A stretch of 64,000 nt of DNA. It comes from a virus. The position numbers and the translations under genes are program-made. The stretch lies in IMG/VR virus record IMGVR_UViG_3300032287_000965, positions 2,343 through 66,342 of that record, one strand, 5' to 3'. A model generated the notes under the pieces. The model was given only the letters and a program-made list of their open reading frames with translations. It did not search any database and was not told the DNA's origin. Below, in pieces: positions 33,746 to 45,800 of this stretch (position 1 is its first letter; every line of letters starts with the position of its first letter).

Positions 33746-36712
33746 ATGAACCCGCTTGATTTTATGGCGGCGGTTCTCCCACCACCGGGTAACGGGTACT
33801 ACTGCGTGGCGGAACTGACATCGAAGTACAAAGAGCACGTGTACAAGGAGACACTGGAGGAACTTGAGCAGACGATTGAAAGTTGCAAGCTGAATGGTTA
33901 CGACACGTACTTCGCACTGGGGACATTTAAAAACCCTGATGACCGCACCGCACCCAATGTGGAGATGGTCAAGTGCATCGCTATTGATGTGGACTGTAAC
34001 CACCCGCTGGACTTGCCGGATGCAAGCGGCGTAATCAAACAGAAGGGCTACCCGTCTCCCAAGGCTGGGTTCGAAGCCATCATGGCGTTCATCGATGAGG
34101 TCGGCCTGTCAGGTCTTGGCCAGCCTTGGTTCGTCCATTCGGGCGGTGGGGTACACGCATACTGGCCGTTGAAAGAAGCGTTGCCCAAGTCGGTGTGGAA
34201 GCCGGTGGCCGAGCAGTTCAAGCGCCTGTGCTTCTCCAAGAAGCTGGCTATTGACGCGACTGTGACGGGCGACGCCTCACGTATCCTGCGGGTGCCGGGG
34301 ACGATCAATAACGGGGTCAAAAGCGGCAAGAAGGTGCGTGGGGTAACTAACGTGCGCTTCATGAACGAGGGGGACTTGTTCGACATCGAGGACATCAAGG
34401 CGCTGGTCACCAAGCATCTGGCCGGTACCCCCTACGAGTCCAAGCCCACACCCCCGGCCAACGTGGTCGAGCTTCCCGGTCAACGCCCAACTCTGCCCGC
34501 CAATACGGAAACCACAGGCACCAGCGTCAAGCTGTTCGAGAACTCAGTGACTAAGTTTCGCAAGATATTTGATCGTACCAAGCAGGGCACAGGCTGCGGT
34601 CAGCTTGCATACTACATGGAGAATGCCGAGCAGGATGGCATGGAGCCGCTGTGGCGTGGGTTGCTGTCGATAGCGCAGAAGTGCGAGGAAGCGCCCAAGG
34701 CGGTCATCTGGCTGTCTCAGCTTCACCCATATGACGAAGACCGGATGAACACCAAGCTGCGGGAGATCAAAGGTCCGTACCCCTGCACTAAGTTTGACTC
34801 CGAGAACCCCGGCATATGCACATCCTGTACACATTGGGGCAAGATCACCAACCCGCTGGCATTGGGGCGCGAGTATGCGGTTGAGGTAGCGCCCAAAGAG
34901 ATCGACGTGCAGGTGGAGAACGAGGCGTATGCCCGCAAGGTGCTGCGTCCTGAACCACCCAAGGGCTACGCCTATGGCAAGCAGGGCGGGGTGTTCATCG
35001 AGAAGGACGATGAGGACGCTAACGGCAACAAGATCAAGCGCCAGATCATGCTGATCCCCTACGACTTGTTCCCTGTGGACATCCTGAACTCCGGGGGCGA
35101 ACACACGGTACACATGATGGCGATCAGGAACGGCAACCCCAACACCATCACCATTCCCCAGAAGAGTATCGTCAGTAAGGATGAGACCATGAAGCACCTT
35201 GCCAACCAGAACATTCTGGCGTCCTTCGGCTCAGGTAACGACAAGAACCTGTACGACTACGTCCGTGCCTGTGTGGAGAAGGTAAGCGTTGAGAAGCGCA
35301 CAGTCAGTGTGCCCACCAGCTACGGCTGGCAGGAGGACGATACGTTCGTCTTTGCCGGGAAGATATACACGCCCACTGGTCAGATCGAAGTGCCCATGGA
35401 AGGGCTGGAGAACATCGTTGCCAACACCAAACCCACCGGCTCAATCGAGCAGTGGCGGGCGGTCATCAACCTGTTCATCCAGAAGAAGATGTGGCAGCAC
35501 GTGTGCATCATGCTGGCAGGAGCAGGTGGCCCGCTTATGCGCTTCACAGGCATTTACGGTATGACGTTCCACTGCGGCTCAACCAACTCCGGTACAGGTA
35601 AATCGTTGGCGCTGGAGGCTGCGGCTTCTGTCTGGGGTCACCCGGTGCACTACCGTACCAGTAAAGGTACGTCTCCTGTGGCCATGCAACAGCGCTTGGG
35701 TCTCTTGCATAGCATCCCCCTGATAACGGATGAGATCACCGCGAAGAACCGGAAAGACTTTGGGTGGTTCTCCGAGTTCGTACTGGACATGACCAACGGG
35801 CGGGGCAAGGAGCGTATGGAGTCTGGCTCCAACAAGGAGCGTATGAACTTGTCCACGTGGATGGACACGGCCATCATGTCTTCCAACACGTACGTGGTGG
35901 ACTACTTCACAGGCGCTCAATCCCACTCTGCGGAAGGCGAACTGCGGCGTGTGCTTGAGTTTGCAATGAATGATGTACTTACATGGGAACCACATGAGAT
36001 TGAGATCATTAAGTCGTTGGCGGATAATTACGCGGTCGCAGGGCACATGCTCGTCGAGTATATGGTCCAGAATCTGGACAAGATTAAAGAGTTGGTTCCG
36101 CAAGTAGTCAGGCGTATGTATGGTGAGTACCGTGCTACCAATGATGAGCGTTTCTGGATGGCGGCTATTGGCGCTGCGGTGGCCGCAGGGATTCTGTTTT
36201 CCGATGAGCACTGCGGTGCAATCAACATCCCGATGCAGCCTGTGTTGGATACGTTCGGCAACGCCGTGCGGTACATGCGTAATGCCATCAACACCGGCAC
36301 ACGCTCTGCTGAGGATGTGCTGAACTCATTTACTCAGGAGTACTACGGCAATTTCATTATTGTGAAGTTCAACTCAACTGACGGTGTGCTGGCAGAGCTT
36401 GGCAACGGTGGGGCGATTGATGCGTCCACAACCCGAACCAAGATCATGGGGCGCATCGAGCATGGCGCGACTGTCGGGTTCACGGACTACTACATCGAGG
36501 AGCGATTATTAAAAGCGTTCTGCTCCACCATGAGCTTCGGCTACGCCGACTTCAAGAAGTATTTGGAAGAGCAGTTCATGGTGTCGTACATGCCCAAGAA
36601 AGACATGACCGCCAAAACCAAAGGACCACCGATGCGTGTGTCCGTCATGAAGATAACCAGACGTTCCGATGAAGAAGACTTTACAGGTAACGTACCCTTG
36701 GTCGCAGCTTAA
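33746..36712 (+). CDS. Primase-helicase (AEP/RepB-type primase + DUF927-like + P-loop NTPase)
   Basis: IDVD, SGGGVHAYW, D.SRILRVPGT.N; Cys cluster C..C.H; GW.....FV; Walker A SGTGKS; Walker B ITDE. Confidence 0.85.
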   Translation: MNPLDFMAAVLPPPGNGYYCVAELTSKYKEHVYKETLEELEQTIESCKLNGYDTYFALGTFKNPDDRTAPNVEMVKCIAIDVDCNHPLDLPDASGVIKQKGYPSPKAGFEAIMAFIDEVGLSGLGQPWFVHSGGGVHAYWPLKEALPKSVWKPVAEQFKRLCFSKKLAIDATVTGDASRILRVPGTINNGVKSGKKVRGVTNVRFMNEGDLFDIEDIKALVTKHLAGTPYESKPTPPANVVELPGQRPTLPANTETTGTSVKLFENSVTKFRKIFDRTKQGTGCGQLAYYMENAEQDGMEPLWRGLLSIAQKCEEAPKAVIWLSQLHPYDEDRMNTKLREIKGPYPCTKFDSENPGICTSCTHWGKITNPLALGREYAVEVAPKEIDVQVENEAYARKVLRPEPPKGYAYGKQGGVFIEKDDEDANGNKIKRQIMLIPYDLFPVDILNSGGEHTVHMMAIRNGNPNTITIPQKSIVSKDETMKHLANQNILASFGSGNDKNLYDYVRACVEKVSVEKRTVSVPTSYGWQEDDTFVFAGKIYTPTGQIEVPMEGLENIVANTKPTGSIEQWRAVINLFIQKKMWQHVCIMLAGAGGPLMRFTGIYGMTFHCGSTNSGTGKSLALEAAASVWGHPVHYRTSKGTSPVAMQQRLGLLHSIPLITDEITAKNRKDFGWFSEFVLDMTNGRGKERMESGSNKERMNLSTWMDTAIMSSNTYVVDYFTGAQSHSAEGELRRVLEFAMNDVLTWEPHEIEIIKSLADNYAVAGHMLVEYMVQNLDKIKELVPQVVRRMYGEYRATNDERFWMAAIGAAVAAGILFSDEHCGAINIPMQPVLDTFGNAVRYMRNAINTGTRSAEDVLNSFTQEYYGNFIIVKFNSTDGVLAELGNGGAIDASTTRTKIMGRIEHGATVGFTDYYIEERLLKAFCSTMSFGYADFKKYLEEQFMVSYMPKKDMTAKTKGPPMRVSVMKITRRSDEEDFTGNVPLVAA

Positions 36713-36860
36713 ACGTGGGCAGGGGTTCTTCGTCCCTTGTCTGGACACGGAGGCCGTCATACAAGACGGCCTCCGCAAAGCTTTAGCTCACCGCATCTTC
36801 CACGCCAAGGCCAGCGTGGGAGTAAAGAACGGCCTTGTCGGGGTCTGGTTTAGTCGGTGA
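36669..36860 (+). CDS. Small hypothetical protein
   Basis: YPW..L..G..FFVP...GVW..R motif; last gene of the plus arm. Confidence 0.6.
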   Translation: MKKTLQVTYPWSQLKRGQGFFVPCLDTEAVIQDGLRKALAHRIFHAKASVGVKNGLVGVWFSR

Positions 36861-39800
36861 CCGACAGGAACTTTTCAACATAGTTGTTGCGAATCTTATC
36901 AATCTGCTCAACCCGCTTAGTCTTATCTTCTTCTGACATAAACGGATTGGCAATTACATCGCGGCGCAGTTTCGACAGTTCGCCCACCTTCTGTTGCACA
37001 GTGCCTGACAACGAAGCGTAAATTACTTTGTTGCGGTACTCATCCAAAAACTCACGGGCTTGATCCCGCTTGCCTTCTGTCAGCAACCTACCGAATGTCC
37101 CCTTGGCTTGCTGAATCTCCAACATACGCTCGTACCCTGCATCCAACGTGCCCCGGCCTTCAACCGGCTGGAACATACCGCCAATGAACGGCGTGTCGTG
37201 CATCTTCTTGGTGGGCTTCGCTACTTCAGCAGCTTCCGTATTCAACAGCGGGTTGGCCAATGACACCAACGCAATACCCAAAGAACCCGTGTAGCCACGT
37301 GTCAGATGATCCCAACCGATTGGCGTGATGCCTGCATCACCCGTGATGCCGCCCAGCAACTTGGCAAGTTCAGTCGTGGACTCACGATAGCGTTCGGTTG
37401 GCAGCATGGTTTTGACCTCGCGCTGCGACTCGATGTCACCGGCAAAGAACGACTTACCCAGATACAACTCAACAACGGGCTTGACCGCTTGCGGCAGACT
37501 GAGCGGGTTCGACAGCGCCACCAGCTTACCCATACCCTTGGTGATGTCCTCTGACTTCCTATCGTCAGCGCCCATATTGAACACCGCCTCCGGCAACGCT
37601 TTGAACAGGTAGCCCAATTCAAATGGGATAGGCACCTTCAGCGGCTCTTCTTCGCCCGGAATATAAACAAACCAGTTAGCCAGACGCTCTTCAGGCTTGG
37701 CGTTTTTGTACGCTTCGTCATCTTGCATCATGGCGGCGTACGCCATCGTGCCTGCGGCCAGCAGCAACCCGCGTTGGAAAAGCTTCTTGCGAATCTCAAG
37801 CTGCTCATTAAACGGCATCTCGCCTTTGAATGCACGGTACAGAACGTCGAGACCCTGAATCTGCGCATTGAAGAACGGGATCATGACACTCAGCGCTTGC
37901 ATACTGGGAGACAAACCACGACGGCTAAAGTTCATCGACTCCAGCGTACGCAGCAGCGCCTCCATCTCCGACATGCCTTTGGCAATCGAATCTTTATAAA
38001 CAACCGCACGAGTAGCAGCATCGCCTTGCATCGCAAACGCATCAGCACGAGCCATTAGTTTTGCCCAGCCCGGTTTCCCCGCTGTTATGTCACGCAAGGC
38101 TTTGTCCATATCGCGCTGGTCGCCAGTAAAGACGTTACTGGATATGGCACCAGAGGCCATAAGCTTGCGCTCTACTTCGCTGCGCCCGGCCACCATACTG
38201 GAAAGTTCCTTGAACGAATTCAAGATCGGCACACCGCTAGTTCCTGTGGTCATCCATGCAGTCAGCGGATCACGGATAGCCTGCTTCAAGGCGTATGCTG
38301 GGTTGCGAGTCACGAACTTACGCAGGATGTCGGCAGGCATACCCATCGCCTTGATCGCAAACGGCAGCGTGGTCTTGATACCTTCCATACCTTTGACGAT
38401 CAGATCAGCTGGGATGCCAAAATCGTTGCTGTCAATCACCGCAAAGTGATCTTCGCCCTTGACTTTGAAGCGCACGGTGTTGGGGCCAGAAGGACCACTA
38501 CCTTCATCCAGTGTGCTGGCAATACCCAGCTTGCGCAGGAGGAACGCAGAGTCCTTGACCATCTGGTTACGCAAAGCCATGTTCGTCAGCATGAACGTGT
38601 TCTGCACGGCGCTGGTAAAGATCGGCATGATCTGGTCGTTGCTGCCCACCAGTTGCTGAAGCTCTGGCTCATCCTTGATATTACCAATACGAACAGGACG
38701 CTCTTTGTCCACCATCAGTTCAACAACGTCGCCGTTCATGCGGTAGAACGGTACATAAGGCAACGCCTTCAATTCAGCGGCTTGCTTCTGCGACATAGCG
38801 CCAGTCTGCACAAGGAAATCTACCAAGCCGTTGTTGTACTCCTGATAGATTCTATTGGCTTCAACGAACGCATCTTTGGCTTGCGGGTTCTGCTTCAGAT
38901 ACGCCATGACTTCAGCGTGTTCTGCTTTAGACCGAGCAGGGTCTTTCAGGTTCAGCTTCTCCCAGCCCACCTTCTCAGCGCGAAGACCTGCAATATATGC
39001 GGTCAGCATCGCTTCGGCTTGGGTGTCGTTCTTGATGCCGGACTTCGACAGGGCTTCTGCCACCTTAATCATGTTAGCGCCGGGACGGCTTTCGTAAATG
39101 TAGCCCTTACCGTCATCCAGTTTTTTCAAATGCAAAGAACCACTGGTCAGCGCCTGAGTCGCATACTGGCTGCGCTGCTCACCAAAACGAAGGTAGTACT
39201 CACCCTGTGTCGCTTCCAGCGAACTGATAAGCCCCTCGTCCTTACCCTTCTTGAACGCCTCAGACAACGCAGCAAAGCGGTCAACAAACTGCACCCGGCC
39301 TGTCAGACCAAGGATGTTGCCCATCAGGGTATCTTTTGTTGACTTCGACTTACCAACAAACGACGAGGCCATATCTGTTGGCTCTTCTTTCGACCGGAAA
39401 GAAAAGAAACCCGGCTTCTCTTCCTGAACGCCAACGTCCTTGGGGGCGTAGCGTGGCTGTTCTGGAACCTCAACATAGTCAGCGTCAACAACTGTTTCTT
39501 CTTGCTTTAATTCCGGTGCAGTCAACTCACCAACCATAAGCGGCTCAAACTGTATGTTCTTTTTGGCTACGCCAACCGAAGCCAAAGCTTCTTTTATTTT
39601 TTTAATAACATTATTTAGTTCGGGCAAGTCACGGTTTGTTATCAACGAACGCAGTTGAAACTGCAAAACGCCTTCTGCATCTATTCCAGTACTGGGCGTC
39701 CCAAAGTATTCTTCTTGCCGTTCCAATCGAGTGTCAAAATTAGCATTAAATTTTGCAAAATCATTTGGCGTCATTAATTTAAACAGTTCTTTGGCAAACG

Positions 39801-42800
39801 ATTGCATTTGCTTTGCCACAGAATAATAAGCGTCTTCACCAAAATCTTTAATAGCACTAACCACAAGCGCGCTGTCTTCCGGGGTAGTAATGCTACCGTC
39901 CCTGTTTAAAACAACTTGACGTTTAACGCTGTACACATCTGCGGGAATAGTAGTTGAAAATAAATCAAAAGTTGCATCTACTATTTTTCTTGTGTTAGGT
40001 TCGTTATCTATTACATCAATTTGAGTTACATCTGGCGCTATCAAATGCAGCGTGTTACCGCCAGCATTAAGTGTTAAACGATTAATACGTGCGTCGCCAT
40101 CCAACAATAAAGTAGCGTAGTCTCTCGAAGATTCAACAAACTGTATTTGCGTTCCATCTGCCACACTTAGTGTTGGCATTACGGGGTCTTCGCCACGAAC
40201 AAGCACTTCAGTTATGCTTTTAACTTTAGGCAAAATAAGCGCGTCTTCGGTTTGTCCCATGTACACATGCTTTACCTGAACAAGTTGGGTAAACTCAATG
40301 TTATTTTTTGCCGCAAAGTTAATAGTGCCCAGCGCTTTAACATCTGTTATTTTTGTTGCAAACGATACGTGGCCGTCGGAAATTCTGCGTAGTGCTTTGT
40401 ACACATACGCAATTTTTTCTTCTGGCGTCTTTCCACGAGGCAACAAAAGTGTTCGACCACTAATTTGAATGCTTTCTGCTTTTTGAGCTACTGCATCAGC
40501 GGCAATTTTTTTAAAAATTTTATCCGCTTGCTCTTGTATGCTATCCCGTTGAGCAGTACTAAAATACGGCGCTGGAAGACTGACTGACACAACCCCGTTT
40601 GCATCATTGCGATCCCCGGTTAAAGTCAAAGAGTCCATAAAAAAGTGGCCTTCTTTATACGCATTAACGGCAGAGCGCACAAAAACATCATCTACTTTAC
40701 GCACTACTTTTTCTGACACATACGTGCCGTAACCAAACATTGGAAGATCCTGTAAAAAACCTGTTGTAATTTTAGTTTTTGAATCTTCTAACGCCTCAGC
40801 CATGTGTTGTTTTGTCGTACTGTCTGCGGCTTTAAAGAAACGAACGGTTTGTTCTGGAGTTAGAGTTCCTTCGGTTTGTATTGCATCAAGCATTACTTTT
40901 CTAAACTCAACGCCATCCAAATAGTCTTGGCTGCCAGCAAAACTTCTCTTCTTTAAAAAATCAGAAGCTATTTTTTGTTGCGCATCAGACAAAGATTGGT
41001 TGGGTGTATTTCCGCGAATCTCCCCGATTGATGTTGTACCATTCATTCGAATGGCGACTTCTGGCACACCGTTACTGTAGTAAATGTAAAAATCGCCTCT
41101 GTTCAACTGTTCTTTTGCAGTACCGACATCTCTACCGGTACACCACGAAGTACCCGCCGCTCCCGCGTTGAGAGCTACTGCTGCATCATAGTCGTCGGCC
41201 TGCGCAAACTTCTTCCAACCCTGCTTGCCAAGATTTAATTGTTTGTTGCGATCCGCCCGTTTTTGCAACCCATCAAGGAACGCATCTTTCAGTCCTTTGC
41301 CAGCGCGAAGCTCTTCAATAATTGCGTTGGCGGAGTCATGCCCAATCACAGCAACAGGGTGAAGGTTGTCATCGGATATGGTTACGAGTTTTAACCGCCC
41401 GTTTTTATCCGCTATAACACTGTACTTAGACGCAGCTTTAGCCACCAACGCCTGTTCTGCCAGCGTGTAATCTGGGTTTTGACGTAAGTACTCCGTTAAA
41501 TCTATGATGTCTTGAATTCGTTTTTTATTAACGTCATCCGCCTCAAGCATTTGATCGGACGGGTCCATTGATGCATACGCAATTACTTGCGGGTCAGCGG
41601 TAAAAAAGTCTTCTACGTTTGACGCGTCGTACTGTCTGCCATCAGGCATACGACTAAAAGAATCCCAATTAATAGCGGTAACAAATGCCTGTTTTATGTA
41701 GTCTTCCGGATGTGTGTTCATCATGGCAAGATAACCCGCCGCTAAACGATCCACATCTTCTGGCGTACGGTCTTTCTGTTTGATCTCAGGACCAAACTGT
41801 TCCGCAAACTGCTTCATCGAGTTACTACCGGTGTGCAGCGCCGCAATGTCTTTGGCTGAGTACTTCCTACTGACCGGTTTTTCAGCACGACCAATCTTGC
41901 TGCTGGAAGGAATCATCAACAGATCAACAGCTTTGAGCGCATTGCCCAGCATGTTCTCTGGAATCTTCACGCCAAGCATACGCAGGATGACGCTCTTCAG
42001 ACCTTCCCACAGGCTGGAGCCTTTCCACTTCTTATTGCGCAGTTGCTCTTGTAGGTTCCTGTTCGAGAAGACTTCAGCAGCAAACTCGGACAGGCTGCTC
42101 TTGGCGTTGGCGCTGGTGATCTTGGGGTCGTTCTTGATCGCGTTGTACATTGCAAGCAGTTCGCGCTTGGCGGCAATCTGCTCTTTGGTCAGCATGCTGT
42201 CCGGCATCTGGATCACGCGCTCGACAGCAGCGTGGGTGGCCTCGTGCAACAGAACTTCTTGAGACAGACCGCCATTGCGTGACAACTGAATCTGGGTGCT
42301 GATGGCTTCGCCCAGTACTTCCTTGCCTTCTGAATCAAACAGTTTGTCTTTAAGGACAATGTCCGTAGCGTCTAGCATACCGGCCAGACGCGCCGCAACC
42401 ACACGATTTATTTCAGATGCCTTGGGGTCATTGGCAATGCTGCGCAATACACCAGCGAGGTTGTTCGCCTCCAGCATCTTGACTTGTTCAGGCGATAAGT
42501 CGGGGCTTTCAACTTCCACACCACGGGCAAACTTGCCTTGTTCTTTCTCTCTTGCTTCAACTTCCTTTATTACTTTTTCTTGGGCGGCTTTAGTCATCGC
42601 CACCTGCATGGCGGTGCCTTTAGCTTCTTTGGCGGCTCGTGCTCTTTGGGTACGCTCACGGGCTTCTTGACGTTGTTGATAGTCAAAGGCCTCCCCTTTA
42701 GCTTCAGACTGTCCTGCTTCAAAAGCTTCTTGACGACGTTGCGATGCCGACTTGCTTTCTTCCGAACTGGTACGCATACTGCCCAGCTTGGCAATCTTAC

Positions 42801-45800
42801 GAGTAACTTGCGGAGTGCGTAGGTCTTTAACTTCCTGTTTACCCGCAGCAACCGTTTCGCTGTACTCTTCTTGTGCTTTAGCAACAGCCGCTTTGAACTC
42901 AGGCGCAGCTTTACCAAGTTCCGCTGCTTTGGCTTGCAAGTCTGCAAGGACAGGCGCTTCGTATGCGCGGAAGGCAGCCAGCTTTTCGTTAGCCGCTTTA
43001 ACAAAGCTGGCTTCAGCGGTTTTGTACCGTTCGTTTTTTGGCGTCTTAACATTTATTAAGTGCGCTTCAAGGCTGTTTACTTTCTTATCAGCCTTTTCTT
43101 TCTCTATCGGATTCTCATCCGGCACAGCATCACGCACTGCAATCGCCGTTTTTAATTCTTGTTCAACACGAGCAATCTCTTTTGGGTCCGTATACTTTTC
43201 TTTCAACGCAGCCAACTTCTCCTGACCGCCGGTAAGAAATTTGTTGTACTTGTCAGCGCGATTCTTTAGTTCTTTTAAACGCGGCGCAGCGTACGCAGTA
43301 TAGGCTTCAGTCTTCTCACCAAGCTCTTTGGCAATCTTTTCTTTGTCAACCTTCACCTTACCCGCTTGCACTTTGGCGGCGGTCTTAACTTGTCTGGATG
43401 TATCACGCGCAGACTTGCCCAGCTTCTCCAGTTCTTCCTGCTTCTGGCGGGGAGTCTTAATTGTTGGCTCACCCTTGGTGCCTTCAACAGGCGCAAACTC
43501 ACCTGTCGTCTTGTACAGCTTGGCTAGTTCAGCATCAAGCTGCTGACGGTACTTTGCTACCTCATCAAACTTATTCTGGTACTTGGCTTTTGCTTTTTCT
43601 ACTTGCTGTTTCTTCTTGGCAATCTTGTCGGCAGGCGCTTTTGCTTTCTTCAGCGCAGTAAGCTGCTCTTCACGGGCATTGTAGTCATCCCACAGATCGT
43701 GCAGTTGCTGGAGAAGTGAGCGAACCTGAACCTTCTTGCCGTTGACTGTACGAGAACGAGGCGCTTCCACAATGTTGCGCAGACGAAGAATCTCTTTAGC
43801 CGCTTCTTCCGATACCGAAAACTCCACGCGCTCGTCACCCACCGTAGCTTCGTACGTGTCGTAGTTCTTTTCCCGACGCAAGATACCGCCGATGCGGTTT
43901 TTCAACAGTTCGTAGATTTCTTCACGCGGGGTCAGCTTCGAGTGCTGGGCGTTAAACGCAGCACGGTCGGCCTTACGGCGTAGCTCAAGAACACGATCTA
44001 TCGTCTTCTGGTCGTTATTATTGATTGCCGTATTGAGCAGGTTGAAGTTGCCGTACAGCTCGTCGCTGCTAAACTGGCCTTCAAGCTTTTCTTTTACTGC
44101 TTTTGTTGGCTTGCCTTCTTTTAAGGCACCAATCTCGTTCTCAAGCTGCCGTACTCGCATCAAAGCTTCGTGCTTTTGATCTTCGTGTTTATTACGGTTG
44201 TACGCATCCATTGGCCGCGTATCTTTTTGCAGCAAGGCGTTTAGTTCTTCCCGCCGTGTAGCCAACACACTCTCGCGCTGGGCAACAGCTTTCTTTGCTG
44301 CTGCGCCTAGTACTGCCTGATCTGGGCGCTCTGGTCCTTGTCCTGCCTGCTCAAGTTCTGTGGCTGTGTACTCGTCGCCCTTCTCTGTCTTGAACTTCAA
44401 GACTTCCTCGGACTTAGGCTGCGCCTCGTCCGCCCCAAACATCGGAATCTGTTCACCTGCTGGGGTTTCTTTGACGCGCAGCATATCCTGCTTCTTGCGG
44501 AAGGACTCTTCGGCTACAGCGCGTTGGGCTTTTAACTTCTCAAGCTGCTTCTCTGCTTTTTCAACAGCATCGTAGTCGCGCACATCGGCGCGGCTCATCT
44601 CACTGATGGTGTTCTGTAGCTTGGCAATCTTGGCGTCGATGGCCTTTAAGGTCTTGGCCTGTGTGCCTTCAATCTCTTCACGGGACTCGGTAAAGCCGCC
44701 AAGCTCCTCGATCTTGGCTTTAAGCGCCTTGGCTTTGGCTTCATTATCGCGGTATTCCGCGATCAAACTACGCGCCACATCGTCTTCACCAGCAGTACGG
44801 GCAGCTTCAATCTTCTCAGCCAACGGATCTAACGAGGCATTCAGCGTCTCGTAGCTGTCCATCAGCTTGTAGACATCGTACTTCTCTGGCGGTGCGGGCA
44901 GCATTCTGGTGGGTGGGGTGTACCCAAGCTGCGGCAGTTGCTCTGGCGCAGGTAGCGCCAGTAGTTCTTGGTTGCCTGCGGGTTGCAGTGCGTCCAGTTC
45001 CGATACGGGTGCTTCAGGCGGAATCTCAGGCCGAGGTTGTACAGGGGTTCTTCCAACGCCTTCCAACATGCTGCCGGGGATTGACAACGCACCACCAAGG
45101 ACAGCGCCGCCCACGAAGCTGTCGAAGTATTCTTTACGGGCTTCTGGGTCATTGATTGCCAGCCCTGCTTGCAGGCGCTCCAGTACTTGCTGCCCAACTT
45201 CGGTACCGCCTTCTACACCCGCCGCTGTAAACGCAGGGGTGATGTACTTTTGCACAATACCCGCAGCTTCTTTATTGCCGATCTGCACCCCGGCACTGCT
45301 AAAAATTTTGCGGATACCGGGGATATAGCGGAAGCCAATTACATCAAGGGCGGCTTGTGGCACCGCAGTAATGGCGGCTTTGCCAAACTCAAGGTCTTCA
45401 GGCCGTGCACCTCTTTCAAGCTGGCGTGTCAGGTTCGAGCCAGTAAACTGCCCTGCGGATGCCAAGCCAGACAAACCAAGCGCTGCTGGTACTCCCAGAG
45501 GCGCTGCTGCTAAACCTACGCCCAAAGGCGCGGCCATGTACGGCAACGAGCCGCCCAGAACACTCTTAAAAAACTCAAACGGCTGGTCTGTAAACTCTGG
45601 CGTGAAGGCAATTTGTGCAGCTTTTTTGCGGTGCGCGGCAGCGGACTCAGCCGCACCTTCTACGCCAAACCCCGCCAGAAACGCATCTTTATCGCCCAGC
45701 AGGCGCTCGATGCCCGCTCTGAAGTTGGCTTTAAGTCCCGACTGAGGCTGCGGTACGGGTTCTTCGACAACAGGCGGCGTAGTTAACCTGCGCAGTTCGT

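Noticed and set aside
38446-39342. 298-aa plus-strand ORF and other long antisense ORFs (e.g. 3030-3650, 34544-35197, 35579-36211)
   Set aside because: Shadow frames opposite well-supported genes; no clear RBS or recognisable motifs.
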